The notes under the pieces were generated by a model. It saw only the letters and a list, made by a program, of their open reading frames with translations. It was not told the DNA's origin and ran no database searches. This document shows, in pieces, positions 11,201 through 18,448 of a stretch of DNA of 64,000 nucleotides; the stretch's first letter is position 1; each line of letters starts with the position of its first letter. This DNA is from Planctomycetaceae bacterium (lineage in GTDB: Bacteria > Planctomycetota > Planctomycetia > Planctomycetales > Planctomycetaceae): contig JBJTOP010000227.1 of the NCBI GenBank assembly GCA_046074645.1, positions 40,590 to 104,589 of the forward strand. Reading direction: 5' to 3'. Made by a program: the position numbers and the translations under genes.

Positions 11201-11275
11201 GGCTTTCTGCTGGACGGCCTCCAGAGCTGCGTCGCTGGACGAGTCTTCCTGGCTGGGTTTAGAGGGGGTTACCAT
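8258..11275 (-). CDS. Membrane-anchored protein with a single N-terminal TM helix and a large beta-propeller-like (PQQ/BamB-like repeat) periplasmic region
   Basis: 1005 aa. TM segment VVLFLSGTTIVCLVLAAIFWFI. It is followed by a TPR-like helical stretch, then repeated motifs of hydrophobic strands followed by G/D turns (e.g. VFVPTDNQELW, LVLPGDQAMVY, LFVPSTPQRISAFRVGD), consistent with PQQ-type beta-propeller blades. Its start overlaps the kinase gene stop (11269-11275). Confidence 0.55.
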   Translation of the reverse strand: MVTPSKPSQEDSSSDAALEAVQQKARQQLKRGRMALLSDRLTGGPQRPGQQSITRSPVVLFLSGTTIVCLVLAAIFWFINQRNAESRMLKEAQTFLEQQKYLDAEARFTQFLKVYIKTESTPAARIGLHRTLVEKYIQTTTPDVIRGMTELRNLMSECGDLPGYNELTDTLRRYSDRLAYAGAIVAEQAASEDALRVSREAVELLRRFSGETGIPQSREEFLVDRQRIAEGAIARKQSFKATIEKITSQLAAGETVPALETRQALIDRFPSLSTDKDVTKMLADILNREKELVVRTDLGRDAPPIDPANSPLPAATLALRTQGRTDLTSQGRFIFTIGIDSCWAVDADTGDPRWRTVLGTEAPFEPIEVDGSEKGVLVYSTLSEELLLLSQATGQPLWRQSLESRPSAKPILIAGNVFVPTDNQELWQIAAVNGRALAKLAFPQTVIGPPAMTGDGQKLVLPGDQAMVYTLSLNPFACETVSHIPHRPDSVRVPMLAAGRYLLLCDNASSAKGRIQTLQTESDGRLSIVASNEVDGQILDPPLLRGYELFVPSTPQRISAFRVGDERGQPPLASIGANQLEEGLQTQMFLLAGPGGQLWLAGRDLRRFRTRTNSVELDSAVAAEGIHSQPIQVLDESAFLTTRSAQSDSTFFTRTDREQMLGIWRTVIGTRIIALAPSAGGNSVLALADYGEIYRLPAPDIAKGTFVIESVSRFRLPDKLASPIQGLVLADGRPAAWTGAPEPSLWTFTPTGQLERRWTLPDAPEVPPVAIAAGAVFASSGRLHLTAMAEGKTAEEYRASQNQTQQQPWKALVALNDTQVLALSAANDLVRVEYRPTPKPQLAEVGVTRLPQPVELSPTVAGNFLYAASTTGKLLVLQTATLELLAQQDLGGVASAPPKAAGNIVLAEIGGERAAIFRTENGLAPAGTIPLDGYSLVGNPFPVPDGFLVARSDGRIFKLNPDGSPSDKSLNLAQQLQAGFLKLGEQIIIPGLDGSLYSVKPDLQR

Positions 11276-12864
11276 TCGATGACCTTATTGCGGACGCGCG
11301 TGAAACCGGCCTGAGTGGCGGCATCAATCACGATGACTCGGGCTTCATGGTTGGAATCGGGATGGAGTTCCAGCTGGATGTCGGTGACGTCCGGGCTGGC
11401 GCTTTTTTCAGCTTTGAGGAGTTCGAGCAGTTCTCGGTAATTGGTGGCGCGTTTGGAGTCCTGCTCTTCGACGATCATGGTGTTGTCGGCGTCAACCTGA
11501 ACCTTCACGGCAGACTGTGACTCGTCCTGAACAACGACAGCAACGGAGACACCTTCGGTTTGTTTGGCTGGTGGGACGTCGAAGGCTTTCTGCATACTGA
11601 ATGAAGCGGTGACCATGAAGAAGATGAGCAGCTGGAAGGTCACATCGACGGCGGGTGTGAGGTCGATGGCGGCATTTTCCTGGGGGCGAGGGCGGCGTGG
11701 GGGTGGGTCGTCATCATCATCATTGTCGGCAGGGGCGACGGCGGCGGTCTGGAGCTGGAAGGGGGCGCGGGCGGAGCGGCGAGTTTCGGCGAGGTTAGCG
11801 GCTGCCATGGCTGCTGCCGAAGCGGGTTCGACGGAGTCTTCACCGAGGTCACGTTCGCTGGCGTCTGAGGCTTTGCCGGGCTTTTTGCGTTCCTGTTCAG
11901 ATTTGCGTTCGAGTTCTTCGAGACGGGGGAGACGAACGAGATCAAGAGAACGGCCCTGTTTGTGGGCAGCACTGAGGATGCGGATGTCTTCGAGGACTTC
12001 TTCGGCGGACTGATATCGCAGGGAGCGACGCTTGGCCATCATGCGGTGCACAAGCCGACAGACGATCTTCGGGAGTTCGGGATTTTTGTCTTCGAGTCTT
12101 GGGGGTGGATTATCGACGTGCTGAATGGCAATCTGGGCAGGTGTGGTGCCGCGAAAGGGAGTTTCTCCGCAGAGCAGCTGGTAGCAGGTGATGCCGAAGC
12201 TGTAGATATCGGAGCGAGGATCAAGTTCGCTCCCGTTTACCTGCTCGGGACTCATATATAGAGGTGTGCCCATGGTGACACCTCTCAGCCGGTCAGCGGA
12301 CTCACCCAGCTGGGCGAGCCCGAAGTCGGCGACTTTGATTTCACCCTTTTTATTGACGAGCAGATTTTCGGGTTTGATGTCCCGGTGCACGATTCCGGCC
12401 TGGCCGGAGGCTTTCAGAGCAGCCGCCACCTGTTTCATGACATGGAAGGCGGAGGTGAGATCGAGTTTGCCGCGTTCGCGGAGCAGGGTTGCCAGGTCCT
12501 GTCCCTGCACGAATTCCTGAGCGATGTAGTGATACTCGCCTTCCTGTCCGATTGTGTAGACCTGAACGATGTTGGGGTGATTCAGTCCCGCCGCCATCAT
12601 GGCTTCCTGGCGGAAACGTTTCAGCATGTCTTCACCGGAGAGGGCCATGAGTGAGGGTTTCATGACCTTGACGGCAACATATCGCTGCAGCGACGTCTGC
12701 TCGGCCAGAAACACTTCGGCCATACCGCCGCTTCCAAGCCTGCGAAGCAGGTGAAATTCGCCGAGCCGTTTGTCAGTCAGATCGCTCATGGAAGGGGCGT
12801 CAGGGGCTAGGGGCCAGGGTTTATTTTTCAGTGGTTCAGTGGTTGGTGTTGATGCGTGGATCAC
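11269..12864 (-). CDS. Ser/Thr protein kinase fused to a C-terminal ExbD/TolR (biopolymer transport) domain
   Basis: N-terminal Hanks-type kinase: GSGGMAEV (G-loop), VAVK (Lys), HRDIKPENLL (catalytic loop), DFGLA, and SPEQ (APE-like). It is followed by a Pro/Asp-rich linker DNDDDDDPPPRRPRP. The C-terminus AIDLTPAVDVTFQLLIFFMVTASF... is near-identical to the TM and start of the standalone ExbD at 12909..13361 (ITPMIDVTFQLLIFFMVTST). Confidence 0.8.
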   Translation of the reverse strand: MIHASTPTTEPLKNKPWPLAPDAPSMSDLTDKRLGEFHLLRRLGSGGMAEVFLAEQTSLQRYVAVKVMKPSLMALSGEDMLKRFRQEAMMAAGLNHPNIVQVYTIGQEGEYHYIAQEFVQGQDLATLLRERGKLDLTSAFHVMKQVAAALKASGQAGIVHRDIKPENLLVNKKGEIKVADFGLAQLGESADRLRGVTMGTPLYMSPEQVNGSELDPRSDIYSFGITCYQLLCGETPFRGTTPAQIAIQHVDNPPPRLEDKNPELPKIVCRLVHRMMAKRRSLRYQSAEEVLEDIRILSAAHKQGRSLDLVRLPRLEELERKSEQERKKPGKASDASERDLGEDSVEPASAAAMAAANLAETRRSARAPFQLQTAAVAPADNDDDDDPPPRRPRPQENAAIDLTPAVDVTFQLLIFFMVTASFSMQKAFDVPPAKQTEGVSVAVVVQDESQSAVKVQVDADNTMIVEEQDSKRATNYRELLELLKAEKSASPDVTDIQLELHPDSNHEARVIVIDAATQAGFTRVRNKVIEW

Positions 12865-12908
12865 GAGTCAGATGCAGACTGGCTGACCAGCTGTCCAGCT
12901 GACCGGCA

Positions 12909-13361
12909 TTATTCGCGGCGATCCTGGACGGCGTAGTGGAAACCGACATTTGGAATTTCGGAGATCATTGTTTCGAGTTCGCCGGTGAAGCGATTGGGGA
13001 CATCGCGGTCGCCCATGATCATGAGGTCGATGCCGTTGGGCCTGGTTGTGGATTCTTCGTTGAGGCGGATGCGAAGTTCTTCGATGGTGATGGGTTTCTT
13101 GTCGATTTCCATTACGGGATCGGTATTGGCATCGACGGGGGCTTTGATGACGAGTTTGAATGCGATTTTATTGAGTTCTGTGGAGCCACCGGAGACGGAG
13201 CGAGGGACGATAGCAGGGGGGTTGCCCTGCATTGTGGAGGTGACCATGAAGAAGATGAGCAGCTGGAAGGTGACGTCGATCATTGGCGTGATGTCGATTT
13301 CGGTGTCTTCCGATGGCCGTTTTTTCTTCTGGAACGGTGCGTCTTCTTCTTCGGCGCTCAT
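12909..13361 (-). CDS. exbD: ExbD/TolR family biopolymer transport protein
   Basis: 150 aa, ExbD-type topology: N-terminal TM helix ITPMIDVTFQLLIFFMVT followed by a periplasmic domain, a typical ExbD/TolR signature. Confidence 0.8.
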   Translation of the reverse strand: MSAEEEDAPFQKKKRPSEDTEIDITPMIDVTFQLLIFFMVTSTMQGNPPAIVPRSVSGGSTELNKIAFKLVIKAPVDANTDPVMEIDKKPITIEELRIRLNEESTTRPNGIDLMIMGDRDVPNRFTGELETMISEIPNVGFHYAVQDRRE

Positions 13362-13425
13362 CGTCCGCTGGCTCCGGGGACGTCAGGATTGAGGGGGACG
13401 GGACAGGAATGGGGGAGAAACTGGA

Positions 13426-14142
13426 TCAGCGGGGAGCCTTCGCGGTGGCGAGTTCGTCGAGGAAAGCGCCGGTACCTTCATCGATGCGTTCCTGGAGCTT
13501 TTTCATGCTGTTGGAGGCGGCTCCCTGCATGACGATGAGGGGAATGGAGATGGCCATTCCGGCGGCGGTGGTCCAGAGGGCAAAGCTGATGTCGGCGGAG
13601 AGTTCCTTGGGATCGACGCCGGTGGCTGCGGCGCCGGCGATTTTGGCGAACGCGTTGATCATCCCGAGAACTGTACCGAGCAGTCCCAGCTGGGGTGCGG
13701 TTTTGATGCTGGTCCCGACCCATGAGTTGAGTCGATCGAGGTTGGAGAGGATATCACGTTCGAATCGTTCACCGACAATCTGACGAATTTTTTTCATGGG
13801 TTCTTCGCGGGCCTGCAGAGCCAGCATGGCCAGTTGCGGAAGGGCCATATTCCAGATGGAGGGATTATCACAAACCTTGATGGCACCATCGAAGTCACGA
13901 CGTTCGAGACAATCTCCGAGTTCGTTGAGGAAGGCCTGTTCGGCCGCATCACCGGGGAATTGTTTTTGTTTGATGCGTCGCATGAGCAGGATGCCGGTCC
14001 ACATGCCACCGGCGGCGCAGATTGCGATGCCGCCCCAGATGGAGTTTTCGATCACCTTCATGAAGGTGGAGGGACCAGCAGCAGGTGCAGCTTCCTGTGC
14101 GAGCAGAGTGATGGAATTCAGAAAACTGAATATGCTCATCAT
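13426..14142 (-). CDS. exbB: MotA/TolQ/ExbB proton channel family protein
   Basis: 238 aa with three TM regions. The conserved C-terminal motifs TAPQLGLLGTVLGMINAF and ALWTTAAGMAISIPLIV are typical of ExbB/TolQ. Confidence 0.85.
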   Translation of the reverse strand: MMSIFSFLNSITLLAQEAAPAAGPSTFMKVIENSIWGGIAICAAGGMWTGILLMRRIKQKQFPGDAAEQAFLNELGDCLERRDFDGAIKVCDNPSIWNMALPQLAMLALQAREEPMKKIRQIVGERFERDILSNLDRLNSWVGTSIKTAPQLGLLGTVLGMINAFAKIAGAAATGVDPKELSADISFALWTTAAGMAISIPLIVMQGAASNSMKKLQERIDEGTGAFLDELATAKAPR

Positions 14143-14205
14143 GGTTAATCACCACCGAATATCGAAAGCGGAAAAGAGGAGAGGATGAAGAGACGGAAGG
14201 GGGTG

Positions 14206-15120
14206 TTATTTGAGAACCTGGCGAGTGACGACAAATTCGAAGCCGCTGCCTGCTCGGCGGACCTGAAAATAGGTTCGGCGAATGGCAGACGCCTGCTGGT
14301 TGCCGTAGGCGAATTCGAGCTGAGCCAGCATCTGTTCGGTGGCTGGCGGGTAGAAGTGCAGAATCAGGCCGGAGCTGCCATCGAGGCCCGCGCGTTTGAA
14401 GAGTTCGAGGTCGGCTTTGATGCGTTCCTGACTGCCGTCCTGCCACGCGAGGAACAGGCGTTTTTCAGCATCACCGGTGCGAACTTCGCGGCGGGTTGGC
14501 TGGGGCTGAGAGAAGTTGCTGAGGTAGATGAGGCGGGATTCTTCCTTGAGCATCAGTCCGAGTTCGATGCCGAAGAAATCGAGCTGGGCAGCATAGGTGT
14601 CGATGTCGCCTTTTTCGGCGAATTCGACAATCCAGCCCTGTTCTCGTTTAGCACCGCCACGACCCGGCCCTCCGGAACCGAGCGGACGTCCACCGGTCCC
14701 ATCAGCACTGCCGGGGATCCCGGAGTTTTCTCGTTGGGTGTTTTCGTTGGGGGCTTCGATGACCGCGGCATTTTCAGCCACCTCGACCACCTGTTCGATG
14801 ACTTCTTCGATTTCCGTCACGTCGGTTTCCTCGTTTGCCATCGAGGGATCGGGGACGGCGTCTTCGGGGGATTCGACGTTGGGGGTGGCGTCCGGGGTGC
14901 CATCTTCCCAGCCTCCGTCACCGGCTGGCATGAGTTCGACTTTTTTGGAAATCGGTGTGGGCAGCAGATTGGACAGCCAGATGGCGAGCATCACCATGAA
15001 GGCGAGCCCTGCGATCAGAGCGGAGGTCTGCATCACAGACACGGCGATGTCGTATCGTGTGAGCTTGATATGGGGGCCGGCCGGGCGACTGCGTTTGCCA
15101 GCGGGATGCGCAACAGACAT
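14206..15120 (-). CDS. Membrane-anchored hypothetical protein (acidic linker plus C-terminal globular domain), first gene of the ExbB/ExbD operon
   Basis: Start assigned to MSVAHPAG (ATG at 15120), which is preceded by AGAGG about 7 nt upstream on the minus strand. The longer ORF runs to 15177. TM helix ALIAGLAFMVMLAIWLSNLL, followed by an E/P/D-rich segment. It might be a TonB-like transducer, but no recognisable TonB C-terminal domain is seen. Confidence 0.5.
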   Translation of the reverse strand: MSVAHPAGKRSRPAGPHIKLTRYDIAVSVMQTSALIAGLAFMVMLAIWLSNLLPTPISKKVELMPAGDGGWEDGTPDATPNVESPEDAVPDPSMANEETDVTEIEEVIEQVVEVAENAAVIEAPNENTQRENSGIPGSADGTGGRPLGSGGPGRGGAKREQGWIVEFAEKGDIDTYAAQLDFFGIELGLMLKEESRLIYLSNFSQPQPTRREVRTGDAEKRLFLAWQDGSQERIKADLELFKRAGLDGSSGLILHFYPPATEQMLAQLEFAYGNQQASAIRRTYFQVRRAGSGFEFVVTRQVLK

Positions 15121-15446
15121 GGTAACCTCTGGAGTTGTTGACCAGTGAGGCTGTTTTTTACCGGATTCCGGAAACAAAAAACAAGCAACCGGAAGAGAAT
15201 CGGCGGTTGTCGGCGGAGATTTGGTGGCTGAAGAGGGTATGGGCAGGTATGAACTTCATGCACTTCATCGATTTGACGAATCAGCGAAATATTCTGTTTG
15301 GGATGAAAAACCCGAATTTGTGTGTGTTTCGGAGTTGCTAAACCGATAGTACTCTGAGAAATTTCGTGGCAGAAAATTTTCCTTTTCTGGTGATTTGCGA
15401 CTGGTAAGGCAACTGGTTGCTGGTTTCAGCATTCGGATGGATCCGT

Positions 15447-16274
15447 ATGTACCGCGTTGGCCGCACTGCTGTGTCTGTGGTGATTGCAGCCCATAATGAA
15501 GCTGCCAACCTGCCACAGTTGTTGAATGAAGTGAAAGACGCACTTGAGGGTCGTTTCACGTTCGAGATTGTTGTGGTGGACGACGGGAGTACGGACGATA
15601 CGCCGCAGGTGCTGTTTTCGCTGCGGTCTTCGCTGCCTACGTTGCGGTATCTGCGGCACGCGAAAAGTGCTGGTCAGAGCCTCGCGATCGTGACCGGCAT
15701 TGACCACGCTCAAAGTGCGCTGATCGCCACACTGGATGGTGATGGGCAGAATGATCCTGCGGATCTTCCTGCGATGATCGACCTGCTGCTGCAGCCTCGC
15801 TTCGGCGGTCGTGTGCGGATGATTGCCGGGCATCGCACACGCCGTCAGGACTCGTGGTGGCGGTTGTTTTCCTCGCGCATTGCCAACGCTGTCCGCCGAC
15901 GAATTCTGGCTGATGGAACTCCGGATACCGGCTGCGGGATCAAGGTATTTTACCGCAGCGTGTTTTTACAGCTGCCCCGATTTAATCACATGCATCGTTT
16001 TCTGCCCGCGCTGATTGTTCGGGCTGGTGGCGAGGTGCTTTCGATGTCGGTTAACCATCGTCCGCGTCTGCATGGACGATCGCATTATGATACGCTGCGA
16101 CGGCTGTTCAACGGTCTGCTGGATCTGGCAGGCGTTGCGTGGCTGATTCACCGCGGAGCGGTACCGCAGATTGAGATGGACAGTGAGGATCAGCATGAGC
16201 GAGACGTTCTGGATCGGCTTCGGCTTTCTGGGTCAGACAATCTTCATGGCCAGGTTTCTCGTGCAGTGGCTTAG
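15447..16274 (+). CDS. Family-2 glycosyltransferase, polyprenol-phosphate sugar transferase type (ArnC/GtrB/DPM1-like)
   Basis: VSVVIAAHNEAANLPQL...VVVDDGSTDDT...DGDGQNDP are classic GT2 DxD-region motifs of undecaprenyl-phosphate glycosyltransferases. The ORF could start at 15417 or at 15447 (MYRVGRT). Confidence 0.8.
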   Translation: MYRVGRTAVSVVIAAHNEAANLPQLLNEVKDALEGRFTFEIVVVDDGSTDDTPQVLFSLRSSLPTLRYLRHAKSAGQSLAIVTGIDHAQSALIATLDGDGQNDPADLPAMIDLLLQPRFGGRVRMIAGHRTRRQDSWWRLFSSRIANAVRRRILADGTPDTGCGIKVFYRSVFLQLPRFNHMHRFLPALIVRAGGEVLSMSVNHRPRLHGRSHYDTLRRLFNGLLDLAGVAWLIHRGAVPQIEMDSEDQHERDVLDRLRLSGSDNLHGQVSRAVA

Positions 16275-16569
16275 CAGCGAGCGGCAGAGACGCAGTGTCA
16301 TTCCAACAGCTTTCTGGTATCTGAGTCTGCTTGGCGGGGGGATGCTGCTGACCTATGCGCTGCAGCGTCGTGACCCGGTGTTCATTTTCGGCCAGTGTTT
16401 CGGGACGATTGTGTACGTCCGAAATCTGCAGTTGATTCACAGGGAGCGGCGGCAGCAGGAAGCCGCCGCGAAGGCCGAGCAGGCTGCTGCGGTCACTGTG
16501 GGGCATGCGGCCGCCGAGCCGATGCCTGAGACGCTGCGGTATCCCGGTCAGCAGCGGCGGGCAGCCTGA
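16195..16569 (+). CDS. Lipid-A-disaccharide synthase N-terminal (LAB_N) domain membrane protein
   Basis: MSETFWIGFGFLGQTIFMARFLVQWLSSERQRRSVIPTAFWYLSLLGGGMLLTYAL matches the small LAB_N/DUF membrane domain usually found fused to or beside GT2 polyprenol-P glycosyltransferases. It overlaps the GT2 ORF end (16274) in another frame. Confidence 0.6.
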   Translation: MSETFWIGFGFLGQTIFMARFLVQWLSSERQRRSVIPTAFWYLSLLGGGMLLTYALQRRDPVFIFGQCFGTIVYVRNLQLIHRERRQQEAAAKAEQAAAVTVGHAAAEPMPETLRYPGQQRRAA

Positions 16570-16584
16570 GGAAGGCTTTCCGCC

Positions 16585-18285
16585 ATGAAGACTGCACTGT
16601 GGTCCGCAGCATTGCTCCTGCTGCTGAGCCTGCTCACAGTCGTGGTGCGGCCACCGCTGCCTGTCGATGAAACACGTTATCTGGCGGTTGCCTGGGAAGC
16701 GCACGAACGTGGTGATCTGCTGGTGTCACATCTCAACGGCGACACGTACGCTCACAAGCCACCGCTGCTTTTCTGGCTGATCAATTTGATGTGGCAGCTG
16801 ACGGGTGTGAGTGAGTTTTCGGCGCGTCTGGTGGCTCCGCTGGCAAGTGCTTTCGGGGTACTGCTCACGTGGCGAACAGCGAAGCTGCTTTTGCCGCAGG
16901 ATCAGCAGACAGCGGCGACAGCTGCGGCGGTGCACGCAGGTTGCCTGCTGTGGCTGTTTTACGGTCCATTGACCATGTTCGACACTCTGCTGGCACTGGC
17001 AGTGGAAGTGGCGGTGCACGGAGTTCTGCTGGCGGGAGCAGGTCGCCCGATCCGTGGCTGGCTGCAGGTCGGTTCCGGAGCCGGGCTGGGTATTCTCTGC
17101 AAGGGCCCTGTGGTGCTGCTGTGGGTACTCCCAGTGGCTCTTGCGGGACCGTGGTGGCTGCAGGGGCGACAATCGGGCGGCTGGTGGCGATGGTATGCGG
17201 GGCTTTTGGGAGCAATTGTGCTTGCGGCAGTTGTGGGACTTGCATGGGCCCTGCCCTCGGCAGCGGCGGGTGGTTCTGCGTATGCAGAGGAGCTGCTGTT
17301 TGGTCAGACTGCCGGGAGGATGGTGAATTCGTTTGCTCATCGAGAACCGCCGTGGTGGTATCTGCCAGTGGCTCCACTTTGTCTGCTGCCATGGCTGTTA
17401 TGGCCTGCCGTATGGCAGGGACTTAAGAATTATTGGCTGTTGAAGTCTGACAGGACGATTGCGATCAGATGTTCGCTGGCGCGTGCGGGAGCGGGGTTTG
17501 TGTTTCTGAGTCTGACAAGCGGCAAGCAGACGCATTATTTGATTCCTCTGATTCCCCCCTGTGCTGTGCTGCTGGCGAGTCTGGTGCAGTGTTCGGGTTG
17601 CTCGCCGACGCGCTGGCAGTTGTCTCCTGTGGCGTTTGGAACCGTGCTGCTGGGTGCCTTTCCGTTGATTGTGAATCATTTGCCGGCAGCTGCTGATTCG
17701 GGATTGCCGGGATTGGTTTCGGATGCTGTCGCGGTTCTGCTTATCGGCTGCGGCGGAGCTCTGCTGGTTCCTCATTTTCGCTCGCTGACCGCGGCAGCAG
17801 TGGCAGTCAGCACGGCGGCTGCACTGTTCGTGGGGATCGTCACGGCTGCTCTTGGCCCAACCATGTGGTCGGGCTTTGATGTGCGACCGCTGGCGACGGC
17901 TGCAGCTGGTTCCGGGGTGCCTGCCGGATGGCTGGGCGGGTATCACGGTCAGCTGAATTTTGCGGGTCGGATGCTGCGTGTGGAAGAGTTGGCGGACGAG
18001 TCTGCTCTGAAGACGTGGCTGGCGAAATGCGGCGAGGTGGTGGTGACAGTTCGTTTGCCTCGTGGTGAGCCGCTGACAGCGTCTCTGCTGGTGGAGCTGG
18101 GAGATCTGGATCGTCGTCGGCCGGACAGCGAATCAGGTATCAGGCTGGCAGAGGAGTTGCGGCGGACAGGCGTTCTTCCTGGCGTATCGAAAGCTGTCGT
18201 CAGCATTGAATTTGTGCAGCGACTGCGGACGGGCCTGCGGGATTCGTTTTTTGTGCTGGTGCGTTATCGAGGGCTGTCCGGCTGA
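16585..18285 (+). CDS. Family-39 glycosyltransferase (ArnT/PMT-like undecaprenyl-phosphate-sugar:acceptor transferase)
   Basis: 566-aa polytopic membrane protein. Its N-terminal motif PVDETRYLAVAWEAHERGDL matches the DE-x-RY...GD signature of ArnT/GT39 enzymes. Confidence 0.8.
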   Translation: MKTALWSAALLLLLSLLTVVVRPPLPVDETRYLAVAWEAHERGDLLVSHLNGDTYAHKPPLLFWLINLMWQLTGVSEFSARLVAPLASAFGVLLTWRTAKLLLPQDQQTAATAAAVHAGCLLWLFYGPLTMFDTLLALAVEVAVHGVLLAGAGRPIRGWLQVGSGAGLGILCKGPVVLLWVLPVALAGPWWLQGRQSGGWWRWYAGLLGAIVLAAVVGLAWALPSAAAGGSAYAEELLFGQTAGRMVNSFAHREPPWWYLPVAPLCLLPWLLWPAVWQGLKNYWLLKSDRTIAIRCSLARAGAGFVFLSLTSGKQTHYLIPLIPPCAVLLASLVQCSGCSPTRWQLSPVAFGTVLLGAFPLIVNHLPAAADSGLPGLVSDAVAVLLIGCGGALLVPHFRSLTAAAVAVSTAAALFVGIVTAALGPTMWSGFDVRPLATAAAGSGVPAGWLGGYHGQLNFAGRMLRVEELADESALKTWLAKCGEVVVTVRLPRGEPLTASLLVELGDLDRRRPDSESGIRLAEELRRTGVLPGVSKAVVSIEFVQRLRTGLRDSFFVLVRYRGLSG

Positions 18286-18448
18286 ATTCCCGGATGCATT
18301 CAGGGAACCTGGGAAATCGGTCTGCCCCGATTTCCGGCAATTGGCTATTTTTCGGAGGTCTGCGGGGTTTGCTGCCCGTTGCGAAGGTTTTGAAGCCGGC
18401 CTCTGCAGGCTGAATTGAGCATCTCTCTAAGGTATTCGGATCCGCGCC

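Noticed and set aside
10529-11314. 261-aa + ORF
   Set aside because: Antisense shadow of the beta-propeller gene 8258..11275.
14185-15148. + ORFs 14185..15141 and 14597..15148
   Set aside because: Antisense to the first gene of the ExbB operon. No motifs.
16726-17946. - ORFs 16726..17340, 16865..17392, 17398..17946
   Set aside because: Antisense, R/Q/P-rich shadows of the ArnT-like GT39 gene.
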